64,000 nucleotides of DNA, taken from positions 1-64,000 of the forward strand of contig BTUM01000034.1 of assembly GCA_045863235.1 (NCBI GenBank), given 5' to 3'. Shown here piece by piece: positions 52,688-62,006 of the stretch. Position 1 is the stretch's first letter; each line of letters starts with the position of its first letter. The notes beneath the pieces were generated by a model. That model had not been told where the DNA came from. It made no database searches and saw only the letters and a program-made list of their open reading frames with translations. Position numbers and translations under genes: made by a program. The stretch comes from Candidatus Xenobia bacterium (GTDB lineage: Bacteria > Vulcanimicrobiota > Xenobia > Xenobiales > QWHO01).

Positions 52688-52716
52688 ATTATAGCCAGGG
52701 GCCTGAAGGCTGTCAA
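52688..52716 (-). promoter_or_regulatory. Consensus sigma70 promoter of tRNA-fMet
   Basis: TTGACA (52716-52711), 17 bp spacer, TATAAT (52693-52688). Confidence 0.9.
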
Positions 52717-52874
52717 CCCCTCCGGGGGTGCTGCCGCCTCGCTTCAGAAGGAGCCTTCCAACCGGCTGTCCGGCAATGGCCCGGCGGGTCGTCGAAGCAC
52801 CCCGCGATGGCCGATCTTCTGGGATTCCCTCCCCGAGGAAGGGAATCCGTCCCTGGCCGCGCACTCGCTTGCTG

Positions 52875-53648
52875 GTGAAAAGACTTCCACTCAACATCGG
52901 CCATCGGGGGGCGTGCGGGGAGGCGCCCGAGAACACGATGGCCAGTTTCCAGATGGCCATCACGCACGGAGCCGAGATGGTCGAGCTGGACGTGCGCCTG
53001 ACCCGCGACGGAGTGCCCGTGGTCATCCACGACTACTCGCTGGGGCGCACCACCAGCGGACGCGGTCTGGTCGGCCTGTCGACCTGGAAGAAGCTCCAAA
53101 CCCTGGACGCGGGAGCCTGGTTCGACGGCCGGTTCCGCGGCGAGCGTCTGCTCGAGCTCGGAGACTGCCTGCAGACCGTGACTCCCCGGCTGCCGGTGAA
53201 CGTCGAGCTGAAGTGCTTCTTCGGCCGCCCCGACCGGCTGGTGCGGGCCTGCGCCGAGGCGATCCGGGCCAGCCATTGCCAGCGCAGAGTGCTGGTCACC
53301 TCGTTCAACCATCGCGCCGTGGAGCTGTTCCATCAGCAGATGCCCGAGGTGGCCCTGGGTCGGCTGTTCCACCCTCTCTTGAATGGCCGCCCCCGTCCCC
53401 GCGACTTCGACTGGCTGCAGCAGGGAGAGCGTTGGGAGAACGAGCTGGCCTGGACCGGAAGGGCCCTGGTGGTAGACCTGTCGCTGGCCGACCGCAAGCT
53501 GACCGAGCAGGTCCACCAGCGCGGGGGCGCGGTGCTCGTTTACACCGTCAATGAGGAAAAGGATATGCGGCGACTGATCGAGTGTGAGGTGGACGGGCTG
53601 ATCACCAACTTCCCGGCCCGCTACGCCAGCCTGCTGACCCGCCTGTGA
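52875..53648 (+). CDS. Glycerophosphodiester phosphodiesterase
   Basis: Motifs GHRGA...APENT, ELDV.LTRDG.PVVIHD, NVELK, YTVN and DGLITNFP. Confidence 0.93.
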   Translation: MKRLPLNIGHRGACGEAPENTMASFQMAITHGAEMVELDVRLTRDGVPVVIHDYSLGRTTSGRGLVGLSTWKKLQTLDAGAWFDGRFRGERLLELGDCLQTVTPRLPVNVELKCFFGRPDRLVRACAEAIRASHCQRRVLVTSFNHRAVELFHQQMPEVALGRLFHPLLNGRPRPRDFDWLQQGERWENELAWTGRALVVDLSLADRKLTEQVHQRGGAVLVYTVNEEKDMRRLIECEVDGLITNFPARYASLLTRL

Positions 53649-55765
53649 AGATCCGGCCCGGGCAGCATTACACACTGGGAGCCAGTTGGGACGGCCAGGG
53701 GGTGAACTTCGCCGTTTACTCCGAGAACGCCACCCGCATCGAGCTGTGCCTGTTCGACTCCAAGGAGGACGAGCGCGAGTCGCAACGCCTGGTGCTGCCT
53801 GAGTACGACGACCACGTCTGGCACGGCTACGTCAGCGGCATCCGCCCCGGTCAACTCTACGGATACCGAGCCTACGGACCCTATAAACCCCAGCTAGGAC
53901 ACCGCTTCAACCCCTGCAAGCTGCTCGTCGACCCCTATACCCGGGCCGTCGTGCGCTCCAAGAACCGCTGGCACGACGAGATGTTCGGCTACAAGGTGGG
54001 TCACCCCAAGGCCGATCTCTCGCTCGACACCCGCGACAATGCGGCTCTGGCGCCGCTGTCGGTGGTGGTGGAGCCGGCCTTCTCCTGGGGCGACGACCGC
54101 CCTCCCCGGACTCCCTGGAACCAGACCGTCATCTACGAGCTGCACGTGCGCGGCATGACCCGTCTGCACGCCCTGGTACCGGAAGCTTTGCGGGGAACTT
54201 ATGCCGGACTTGCCTCCGATCCGGTCCTCGAGCACCTGAAAGAGCTGGGTGTGACGGCCGTGGAGCTGATGCCGGTGCACTACCCGGCTTACGAGCGCCA
54301 CCTGACCGAGAAAGGCTTGCGCAACTACTGGGCTTATAACACGCTGGCCTTCTTCGCTCCCAATCCGGAGTATGCCATCAACCACTCGCCCCAGGACGTG
54401 CTGCGCGAGTTCAAGTCGATGGTGGCCCGCTTTCACTCGGCTGGCATCGAGGTCATCCTGGACGTGGTCTACAATCACACCGGAGAGGGTAACCACCTGG
54501 GTCCCACCGCCTGTTTGCGTGGGCTGGACAATGCCAGCTACTATCGCCTGCTCGCGGACAACCCCCGCTACTACCTCGACTTCACCGGCTGCGGCAACAC
54601 CCTCAACACGACCAATCCCCGCGTCCTTCAGCTGATCATGGATAGCCTGCGCTACTGGGTGCAGGAGATGCGCATCGACGGCTTTCGCTTCGACCTGGCC
54701 AGCTCGCTGGCTCGTGAGAGCTACGAGGTGGACCGACTGGGCGCGTTCTTCGATATCATCCAACAAGACCCGGTGCTCAACCGAATCAAGCTGATCGCCG
54801 AGCCCTGGGACCTGGGCGAAGGCGGCTACCAGGTGGGCAACTTCCCCGTGCTGTGGAAGGAGTGGAACGGCCAGTACCGCGATACGGTGCGTCGCTTCTG
54901 GAAGGGGGATTCCGGCCAGGCCCCGGCCCTGGCCTCGCGCCTGTGCGGCTCGAGCGACCTCTACCAGGAGGGGGGACGGCGACCTCAGGCCAGCATCAAC
55001 TTCATCACCTGCCACGACGGCTTCACGCTGCACGACCTGGTCAGCTACAACGAGAAGCACAACCTGGCCAACGGCGAGCAGAACCGCGACGGTGAGAGCC
55101 ACAACAACAGCTGGAACTGTGGCCACGAGGGCCCCAGCGACGACCCGGAGATTCGCGCCCTGCGCGAGCGCCAGAAGCGCAACCTGCTGGCCACCCTCTT
55201 CCTGTCGCAGGGGGTGCCCATGCTGTGCGCCGGAGACGAGATGGGGCGTACCCAGCGAGGCAACAACAACGCCTATTGCCAGGACAACCCCATCAGCTGG
55301 CTGAGCTGGGAACTGGATGAGGAGCAGACCGCGCTGCTCCGCTTCACCCGCCGCCTGATCGCCCTGCGCCGCACCCAGCCGCTCTTGCGGCGACGCCGAT
55401 TCTTCCCCCCCCGCCCGCCCCGGGGCCAGCTCCGCAACATCGTGTGGTATGAGCCCAGGGGCAGCGAGATGACTGACAAAGCCTGGAACCAGGACTTTGT
55501 GCGCTGTCTTGGAGTCTGGGTGTCGGGTCGCCCTCAGGATGAGATCGACGAGCAGGGCGATCCGGTTGTGGGCGACCACCTGTTGCTCTTGCTCAACGCC
55601 CACTGCGATCCCATCGAGTTTCGCCTGGCCAGCCCTCAGCTGGTGCCGAGTTGGACCCTGTTGCTGGACACAGCCCGGCCCGAGGAGCCAGCCCACAAGT
55701 ATCGCTCGGGGGCGCGCTACCCGCTGCAGGGGCGCTCGGTGGTGGTGCTCGGAGCTCCTTCGTAA
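53645..55765 (+). CDS. glgX: Glycogen debranching enzyme (isoamylase)
   Basis: Motifs GVNFAVYS, NYWAYN, DVVYNHT, DGFRFDLA, AEPWD, HDGFTL and GNNNAYCQD. Confidence 0.97.
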   Translation: MKIRPGQHYTLGASWDGQGVNFAVYSENATRIELCLFDSKEDERESQRLVLPEYDDHVWHGYVSGIRPGQLYGYRAYGPYKPQLGHRFNPCKLLVDPYTRAVVRSKNRWHDEMFGYKVGHPKADLSLDTRDNAALAPLSVVVEPAFSWGDDRPPRTPWNQTVIYELHVRGMTRLHALVPEALRGTYAGLASDPVLEHLKELGVTAVELMPVHYPAYERHLTEKGLRNYWAYNTLAFFAPNPEYAINHSPQDVLREFKSMVARFHSAGIEVILDVVYNHTGEGNHLGPTACLRGLDNASYYRLLADNPRYYLDFTGCGNTLNTTNPRVLQLIMDSLRYWVQEMRIDGFRFDLASSLARESYEVDRLGAFFDIIQQDPVLNRIKLIAEPWDLGEGGYQVGNFPVLWKEWNGQYRDTVRRFWKGDSGQAPALASRLCGSSDLYQEGGRRPQASINFITCHDGFTLHDLVSYNEKHNLANGEQNRDGESHNNSWNCGHEGPSDDPEIRALRERQKRNLLATLFLSQGVPMLCAGDEMGRTQRGNNNAYCQDNPISWLSWELDEEQTALLRFTRRLIALRRTQPLLRRRRFFPPRPPRGQLRNIVWYEPRGSEMTDKAWNQDFVRCLGVWVSGRPQDEIDEQGDPVVGDHLLLLLNAHCDPIEFRLASPQLVPSWTLLLDTARPEEPAHKYRSGARYPLQGRSVVVLGAPS

Positions 55766-55880
55766 CCCTCTGGTCGGGTCGCCCTTCCGCGACTCAAGGT
55801 GACCAGTCTTCGATTTTTGGTAACTTTTCAGACACATCCGATAGTATGACCCCGCGGAGAGAAAATCGGAGGGCAAGGCG

Positions 55881-56357
55881 ATGGGCGGAACGGTTCTCAA
55901 TCTCAACCAGTTTCAGCGGGCCACGAACATCATCAGCGTGGTCGACAAAATGCGATCGCGAGTCCTCAACCTCGACAATGTGGACGGAGTCGACGTGGAT
56001 AGTGATCGTCGAGGCCAGCACGTCGACAATCACGTCGTGTTGAACGGATACGACGGATTGAGGGGCTATGCCACCAACATCCCCGGCGCGGAAAACCGCA
56101 TGAACATCACGCGGAAGGCCGAAGGCTCCTACCCGGAAGTCCATTACATCGTGGACCACAACTCGCCGGGCACGTCGTCTTACCTGCTGGGAATCGGCGG
56201 GGCCGAGCAGTGGCTGACGGTGAATCACAAAGAGGGGACGATCACGCTGGAGGACCCGGTCGGCCATGTGGGCGGTTGCCTGAATGCGACCCTGTCGGCC
56301 GACGACCCGCGCGTGGCCACCTTCGAAAGCCATCTGGCGGCACTGGCCCGCGGATAG
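55881..56357 (+). CDS. Hypothetical protein
   Basis: GGAGG RBS; 158-aa beta-rich ORF. Confidence 0.65.
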   Translation: MGGTVLNLNQFQRATNIISVVDKMRSRVLNLDNVDGVDVDSDRRGQHVDNHVVLNGYDGLRGYATNIPGAENRMNITRKAEGSYPEVHYIVDHNSPGTSSYLLGIGGAEQWLTVNHKEGTITLEDPVGHVGGCLNATLSADDPRVATFESHLAALARG

Positions 56358-56652
56358 GGCTCCCTCCGCGTTCGCAAGGAATCACGGTCCACAGGGAAAA
56401 TCGACTACGCGGAGATTCTAACAACTCGAACACGAGTTCAGTTCCCACTCACGGGCAGTTGAGCTTACCCCATCTAAGACGAAATGCTCCACATAAATCG
56501 TGGACGAGTGCTTTAATCGTTTAGCATTAACGTCCAGGCCCGACTCGAGGGGTGGCACCGTGGCACCGACCCGGGGCCCTCATCTCTGCCAGGCAAAGGT
56601 GATTTCGGGCCCCGGGCCGGCGCCACCGCAGAGGCGCCTGGTTTCAGGCCAG

Positions 56653-57171
56653 TTAGCTGGCCGCGCTCATGTGGGCTTCCACGTCGGCATCGCCGAACGC
56701 CTCACGCAGCTTGACTTCCTGCTCGCGCGAGAGGTTGGTGCGCAGCACGCGGGGGTTCCACTGCTTGATCTCCTCGACCACGCGGTCGGTGGTGGCCTGA
56801 AGCACCAGCAGGAAGAGGGCTGACTGGCCCGGCTGGATGGTGGAGGCGACCTCCTTGATGAAATCGTCGTCCACGCCGTAGTCGGCCATCGAGCCCGAGA
56901 GGGCGCCGAGCAAGGTGCCCAGGGCCATCCCCATGAAGGGCATCCAGAACAGGATTCCCGCCAGCAAGCCCCAGAATGCGCCACCCAGCGCGCCTTCGGC
57001 GGTCAGGTCGACCACCTGCTTGATCTTCACCTTGCCATCTGCCTGGCGCACCGCCACGGCGGCGTCGGCCAGCTTGATCAGCTGCTCTTTCTGCAGTGAA
57101 ATCAGCTTGTCACGGACTTCGAACGCGGCCTTGTCATTGTCGAAGGCCAGCACGATCAACTCGGTCATCAT
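56653..57171 (-). CDS. DUF1269 domain membrane protein
   Basis: DAAVAVR..DGKVK, GALGGAFWGLLAG, DYGVDDDFIKEV...PGQSALF and VLRTNL. Confidence 0.9.
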   Translation of the reverse strand: MMTELIVLAFDNDKAAFEVRDKLISLQKEQLIKLADAAVAVRQADGKVKIKQVVDLTAEGALGGAFWGLLAGILFWMPFMGMALGTLLGALSGSMADYGVDDDFIKEVASTIQPGQSALFLLVLQATTDRVVEEIKQWNPRVLRTNLSREQEVKLREAFGDADVEAHMSAAS

Positions 57172-57248
57172 CGGGCTCCTTTACTCGCAAAGTGGCGGCA
57201 TCTTCCCGTAAACCCGGCCGGATTCCCCCATATCTGGTAGAATGAGTT

Positions 57249-57884
57249 GTGCTCACCATCCCTCCCCGCGATCCCTGGCGCTGGCTGGCCGGCCTGGCCG
57301 TCCTCTTGACCCTGGGCATTGCGCTCACGCTGCAGCTGGTCACTCGGCCCACCTCTTTACGCCAGCAGCACCTTCAGGCCGAATTGAGCCTGGAGCGGTG
57401 GCTTTCGGAGCTGGCCCAGGACCTGGCCCAGAGCTCCGAGGCGCGCCTGTTCCCCGATCGCTGCGAGCTGGTTCAGACTCGTCAGAGCGAGATTCGGCGT
57501 CCACTGGGCGGGCTGGTGCTGCTCTCCAGCCCTGTGCATCCCAGCGGGGGGAACCTGCAAGTCCTGGACGCCGCCAGCGGACAGAGCCTCCCCTTTCAAG
57601 CTCTGGGCCCTCGCCAGCTGACCGTGGAGAGCGCCGAGCCGGTGCGTATCCACTACCCGGTGGACAAGCTGACGGTCTACCTGGTGACGCCCGAATCGGG
57701 CGCCTTTGAAGTGGAGCGGCGCGATGCCAGCGGACACACCGAGGTGACCCGACTCAACGGAGAGCTGCGGGTCAGCTCGCTTCGGTTCGAGACCGAGGGC
57801 GAGCTGGTGCTGATCCGCCTGGAAGTCAGCCACCCCTCCGGGTGGAGCCTCAAGGGCCAGCGGTCGGTACGCTCCCATCCCTGA
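57249..57884 (+). CDS. Hypothetical protein with an N-terminal TM helix
   Basis: GTG 5 nt below TAGAAT; one hydrophobic helix. Confidence 0.65.
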   Translation: MLTIPPRDPWRWLAGLAVLLTLGIALTLQLVTRPTSLRQQHLQAELSLERWLSELAQDLAQSSEARLFPDRCELVQTRQSEIRRPLGGLVLLSSPVHPSGGNLQVLDAASGQSLPFQALGPRQLTVESAEPVRIHYPVDKLTVYLVTPESGAFEVERRDASGHTEVTRLNGELRVSSLRFETEGELVLIRLEVSHPSGWSLKGQRSVRSHP

Positions 57885-57944
57885 CGGCCCGTCAACACAA
57901 CGGCAAAGTCTGCAGGGGTCCGCCTGAATACAATCAGGCCCATC

Positions 57945-58955
57945 ATGGACGTACGCAAGAACAGCTACATGCCCGTCTGGTCGCCCGATGGCAGCAAGAT
58001 GGCCTTTATCTCCAGCCGCACCGGCTCTTACCAGATCTGGACGATGAACGCCGATGGCACCGGCCAGCGCCAGGTGACCGATGGCAAGCGCCCCTACTTC
58101 TATCCCAGCTGGTCGCCCGACAGCACCCAGCTGACCTTCCAGGGGCTGATCCATGAGGGCGAGCGGCTCGATTACGACATCTTCGCCTGCAAGGCCGATG
58201 GCACCGACATGCGCCAGTTGACCGACGACTGGTTCGACCAGGAGCAGCCGCTCTGGTCGCCCGACGGGAGCCAGATCCTGTACAAGTCCGAGTCCAAGGA
58301 AGGCGAGTGGGGCGGGCCGGACGAGCTGTGGACGGTGACCCCCGATGGCCGCACGGCCACCCAGCTCACCCACACCCCCACCGCTTACGAGTTCCAGCAC
58401 ACCTGGTCGCCCGACGGCAGCAAGATCGCCTTCGTGTCCACCCGCGACACCCAAGAGCATGACGACATGAACCGCAACGAGATCTACGTGATGGACAAGG
58501 ACGGCTCCAACCAGCGCAAGGTGACCAACGAGCCCCAGGGCGCCTACAATCCGGCCTGGTCGCCCGACGGCACAAAGCTGGCCTACACCTGGCGGCGCAA
58601 GAACAGCGAGATCGCCGTCATCAACGAGGACGGGACCGGACGCCAGGTGCTCACCGATCTGCCCACCGAGGACATGTGGCCGGAGTGGTCTCCCGATGGC
58701 AGCACGATCGCCTTTACCAGCATGCGCAAGAACATCACCTTCGAGATGCGCACCGTGCCCGCGGACGGAGGCGAGGGAGCCACCTCGCTCCTGGCCGAGC
58801 CCATTGACGATCAGCAGCCCCACTACTCGCCCGACGGCAAGACCATCGCCTTCCACGCCGCGCGCGAGAAAGACGGCCTGGAGGACGTCTTTGCCTGCGA
58901 TGCCGATGGCAGCAACCTGCGCCGCCTGACGCCCTATCCCGAGCCCGCAAGGTGA
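57945..58955 (+). CDS. TolB-like PD40 (WSPDG) beta-propeller protein
   Basis: Seven P.(W/Y)SPD(G/S) repeats; no signal peptide. Confidence 0.9.
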   Translation: MDVRKNSYMPVWSPDGSKMAFISSRTGSYQIWTMNADGTGQRQVTDGKRPYFYPSWSPDSTQLTFQGLIHEGERLDYDIFACKADGTDMRQLTDDWFDQEQPLWSPDGSQILYKSESKEGEWGGPDELWTVTPDGRTATQLTHTPTAYEFQHTWSPDGSKIAFVSTRDTQEHDDMNRNEIYVMDKDGSNQRKVTNEPQGAYNPAWSPDGTKLAYTWRRKNSEIAVINEDGTGRQVLTDLPTEDMWPEWSPDGSTIAFTSMRKNITFEMRTVPADGGEGATSLLAEPIDDQQPHYSPDGKTIAFHAAREKDGLEDVFACDADGSNLRRLTPYPEPAR

Positions 58956-58984
58956 GCTGACCGGCGGTCGCGAATTCTTCCTTT

Positions 58985-59416
58985 GTGGACGAGGTTCGCG
59001 AGTATCTCTACGACGGCGGCCAGGAGAACACCGGTCGCTTACCCTGGCTGATTCTCGCCATTCTGGGGTGTTTTCTCTCCTTCATGGCGGGCTATGCCAT
59101 GATCAACGGAATTCGGTTGGTCAACAGCCGGGCGGGGGCCATCGTGCTGGTCATGCTGCTCTCGGGCCCGGTGCTCCTCTCCATCTACCTCTCCCACTTG
59201 CTGCGCCACTACCAGTACAAGTCCACGCGCATCCTGGTCGACGCTCACGGTGTCACCATCCTCACAGCCGGAAGAGAGCGGCGCATCGAGCGCAAGGATC
59301 TCGACTACGTCCACCACACCGGCTCCATGCTCGAATTCCGCCTGCGCAATCAGGACCCCATCCTGCTGCCGGCCCGGTTTACCGACCAGGACGACCTGCT
59401 GGCCCGGCTCAGCTGA
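58985..59416 (+). CDS. Hypothetical membrane protein (two TM helices plus a small soluble domain)
   Basis: Two hydrophobic helices and host codon bias. Confidence 0.7.
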   Translation: MDEVREYLYDGGQENTGRLPWLILAILGCFLSFMAGYAMINGIRLVNSRAGAIVLVMLLSGPVLLSIYLSHLLRHYQYKSTRILVDAHGVTILTAGRERRIERKDLDYVHHTGSMLEFRLRNQDPILLPARFTDQDDLLARLS

Positions 59417-59419
59417 GCG

Positions 59420-59734
59420 ATGGACCGGCTCAAAGCCCGCTGGGGCATCACCTCGGCCCGCCAGTTCTGGATCATCATGCTGGTTTTTGCCCTCACCGGC
59501 ACCAGCGCCGTGCTGGTCAAGAGGCTGGCCTTCGAGGCCATCGGGGTGACTCCTGACTGGCCCTGGTGGCAACGCACGCTGCTCTGGTGCGCCATCGTGC
59601 TGCCCGCCTACCAGGTGCTGCTGCTGGCTTACGGCGCGCTCTTCGGCCAGTTCCGCTTCTTCTGGTGGTTCCTCAAGAAGATGTTCGGGGTGCGCACGCC
59701 GCCGCCGATTCAGGCCGACTCGGCCGAGCGGTAA
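59420..59734 (+). CDS. Small membrane protein (DUF6787-like)
   Basis: LKARWGITS..QF.II.LVFALTG...P.YQVLLL.YG.LFGQF.FFW.F.KKM. Confidence 0.75.
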   Translation: MDRLKARWGITSARQFWIIMLVFALTGTSAVLVKRLAFEAIGVTPDWPWWQRTLLWCAIVLPAYQVLLLAYGALFGQFRFFWWFLKKMFGVRTPPPIQADSAER

Positions 59735-61605
59735 CGGCCCAGGATGCGCACGAAGGGCAAGCTGGCAACGAGCCGTTGCAGCGCTTCTTCGAGCACCGAA
59801 CGGTCGGGCGGAGCCTCCAGATCCAGATAGAAGCGGTAGGTCCAGGGCGTGCCCGGGATGGGCCGCGATTCGAGCTTGACCAGATTGAGCCCGCTTTCGG
59901 CGAAGATGCCCAGCGAGCGATAGAGCGCTCCCGGAGTGTGCTCGGTTTCCAGCACCAGAGACAGCTTGTCGTAGTCGTCGGCGGCCGGTCCCTGGCGGGC
60001 CAGCACCACGAAGCGGGTGAAGTTCTGGGGATGGGTCTCGATGCTGGAGGCCAGCACCACCATCCCCAGGTTCTCGGCTGCCTCCAGGCTGGCGATGCCG
60101 GCCGCATCCAGCATGCCCTGCTCTTTCACCACCCGGGCGCTGCCGGCGGTATCATACATGCTGACCACCTGCCACTCGGGATGGCTGCGCAGGAACTGAT
60201 CGCACTGGGCAGCGGCCTGGGGGTGAGAGTAGACCCGGCGGATGTCGGAGAGCTCCACCCCCGGATTGGCCAGCAGGTTGTGCACCACCCGCACCTTCAG
60301 CTCGCCCACGATGGCGAGCTCGGGGTATTCGAGCAGCTGGTCGTAGTTGACGTGGATGCTGCCCGTGAGCGAGTTCTCCACCGGCACCACGGCGTAGGCC
60401 ACCTGGCCCGAGGCCAGCGACTGAAAGACCTCGGGGAAGGCGGCGAAGGAGCGCAGCTCGAGGTCGGGTCCGAAGAACTGCCGGGCGGCTTTCTCGCTGA
60501 AGCTGCCGGTCTCGCCCTGCAGGGCCACGGTCAGGCCTTCACCGCGCACCTGCATGGGGCGGCTGGCCGGCGGCAGGCGGCGCGAGCGGCCCTCCACCTG
60601 GCGCCCCACCACGGGAGCGATCACGGCCAGGTCGCGCATCAGGCGATTCAGCTCGGCCGGATAAAGGCTCTGGGCGCCATCCGAGACGGCCTCGGGGGGA
60701 TTGGGGTGCATCTCGATCATCAGGCCATCGGCACCGGCGGCGGCCGCCGCCAGGGCCATGGCCGGCACATAGCCGCGATGGCCGGTGCCATGGCTGGGAT
60801 CGGCCACCACCGGAAGGTGGCTGAGGCTGCGGATGACCGGGATGGCCGAGAGATCGAGCGTGTTGCGGGTGCTCGACTCGAAGGTGCGAATGCCCCGCTC
60901 GCACAGGATCACGCGCGCCTGGCGGTCGCCCGAAAGGATGTACTCGGCGGCCATCAAGAGCTCCTCGATGGTGGCCGCCAGGCCGCGCTTGAGCAGCACC
61001 GGCCTCCCGGCCTGACCCACGGCCTTCAACAGGTCGAAGTTTTGCATGTTGCGCGCCCCGATCTGGAGCACGTCGGCGTAGCGGCCCACCAGCTCGACCT
61101 GGGCGATGCTCATGACCTCGGTCACGATGGGCAGGCCGAACTCTTCGCGAGCCTCGGCCAGGATCTTCAAGCCTTCCTCCCCCATCCCCTGAAAGGCATA
61201 AGGAGAGGTGCGCGGCTTGAAGGCCCCGGCGCGCAGCATGGAGGCGCCCGACTCGTAGACCTGGCGGGCGGCCAGCAGCAGCCCCTCGCGGCTCTCCACC
61301 GAGCAGGGGCCGGCGATCACCACCAGTTGCGAGCCGCCCAGCGTGACCGGACCGACGGTCACGGTGGAGGTGGTGGGGACCACCTCGCGCGAGGCCAGCT
61401 TGTAGGGTTTGGAGACGCGGATCACCTCGGACACGCCGGGGAAGAAACTCACCTCGCGCGGGTCGGGCAGCCCGGTGCCGATGACGGCCACTACCGAGCG
61501 CTCGGCGCCGGCGATCACGCGCGTCTGCAGGCCGCGGGCCTCGAGCTTGGTCTGGATGAAGTCGATCTGGGCTTCACCTGCGTCGGGACGAAGGACGATG
61601 ATCAT
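59710..61605 (-). CDS. aroF-pheA: Fused class I-beta DAHP synthase and prephenate dehydratase (with ACT domain)
   Basis: N-terminal half: regulatory domain, IAGPCSVES, KPRTSPY, IGARNMQNF and DPSH. C-terminal half: QGE.GSFSE, PVENS..GS, YSHPQA..QC, NFTRF and KLESRP. Confidence 0.93.
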   Translation of the reverse strand: MIIVLRPDAGEAQIDFIQTKLEARGLQTRVIAGAERSVVAVIGTGLPDPREVSFFPGVSEVIRVSKPYKLASREVVPTTSTVTVGPVTLGGSQLVVIAGPCSVESREGLLLAARQVYESGASMLRAGAFKPRTSPYAFQGMGEEGLKILAEAREEFGLPIVTEVMSIAQVELVGRYADVLQIGARNMQNFDLLKAVGQAGRPVLLKRGLAATIEELLMAAEYILSGDRQARVILCERGIRTFESSTRNTLDLSAIPVIRSLSHLPVVADPSHGTGHRGYVPAMALAAAAAGADGLMIEMHPNPPEAVSDGAQSLYPAELNRLMRDLAVIAPVVGRQVEGRSRRLPPASRPMQVRGEGLTVALQGETGSFSEKAARQFFGPDLELRSFAAFPEVFQSLASGQVAYAVVPVENSLTGSIHVNYDQLLEYPELAIVGELKVRVVHNLLANPGVELSDIRRVYSHPQAAAQCDQFLRSHPEWQVVSMYDTAGSARVVKEQGMLDAAGIASLEAAENLGMVVLASSIETHPQNFTRFVVLARQGPAADDYDKLSLVLETEHTPGALYRSLGIFAESGLNLVKLESRPIPGTPWTYRFYLDLEAPPDRSVLEEALQRLVASLPFVRILGRYRSAESA

Positions 61606-61695
61606 CGCCCCCGAGTGTGGCCTTTCTGGGCTGAAAGAATGCTGAATGAGCGACGACCGGTCCTGGAAATCGACGACAGGAGGGGGCTCGAGCCC

Positions 61696-61960
61696 GGGTG
61701 GTACCGGGAGACTCCCCGGTACCGGGCTGGCTCCGGAGTATACCGGAATAGGGGCGGTACCGGGAGATTGCCCCGTACCGGGCTGGCTCCGGGGTATACT
61801 CCGGAATGAGGGCGGTACCGGGAGATTGCCCGGTACCGGCCTGGCTCCGGGGTATACGCCGGAATGAGGGCGGTACCGGGAGATTGCCCGGTACCGGGCT
61901 GGCTCCGGGGTACACGCCGGAATGAGGGCGGTACCGGGGGATTGCCCGGTACCGGGCTGG
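61696..61960. repeat. Tandem array of ~4.5 copies of a 58-bp double-palindrome unit (REP/BIME-like)
   Basis: GGTACCGGG starts at 61700, 61756, 61814, 61872 and 61930. Unit: GGGCGGTACCGGGAGATTGCCCGGTACCGGGCTGGCTCCGGGGTATACTCCGGAATGA. Confidence 0.95.
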
Positions 61961-62006
61961 TGAGGGCGGCATGGGGAAATTCAGCGACGACGGGAGCGGT
62001 CGAAGC

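Noticed and set aside
57885..57944. c-di-GMP-I riboswitch (GGCAAA start)
   Set aside because: The GNRA hairpin, the GACGCAAA segment and the second stem are missing.
61696..61960. CRISPR array
   Set aside because: The sequences between repeats are near-identical rather than unique spacers, and there are no cas genes in the window.
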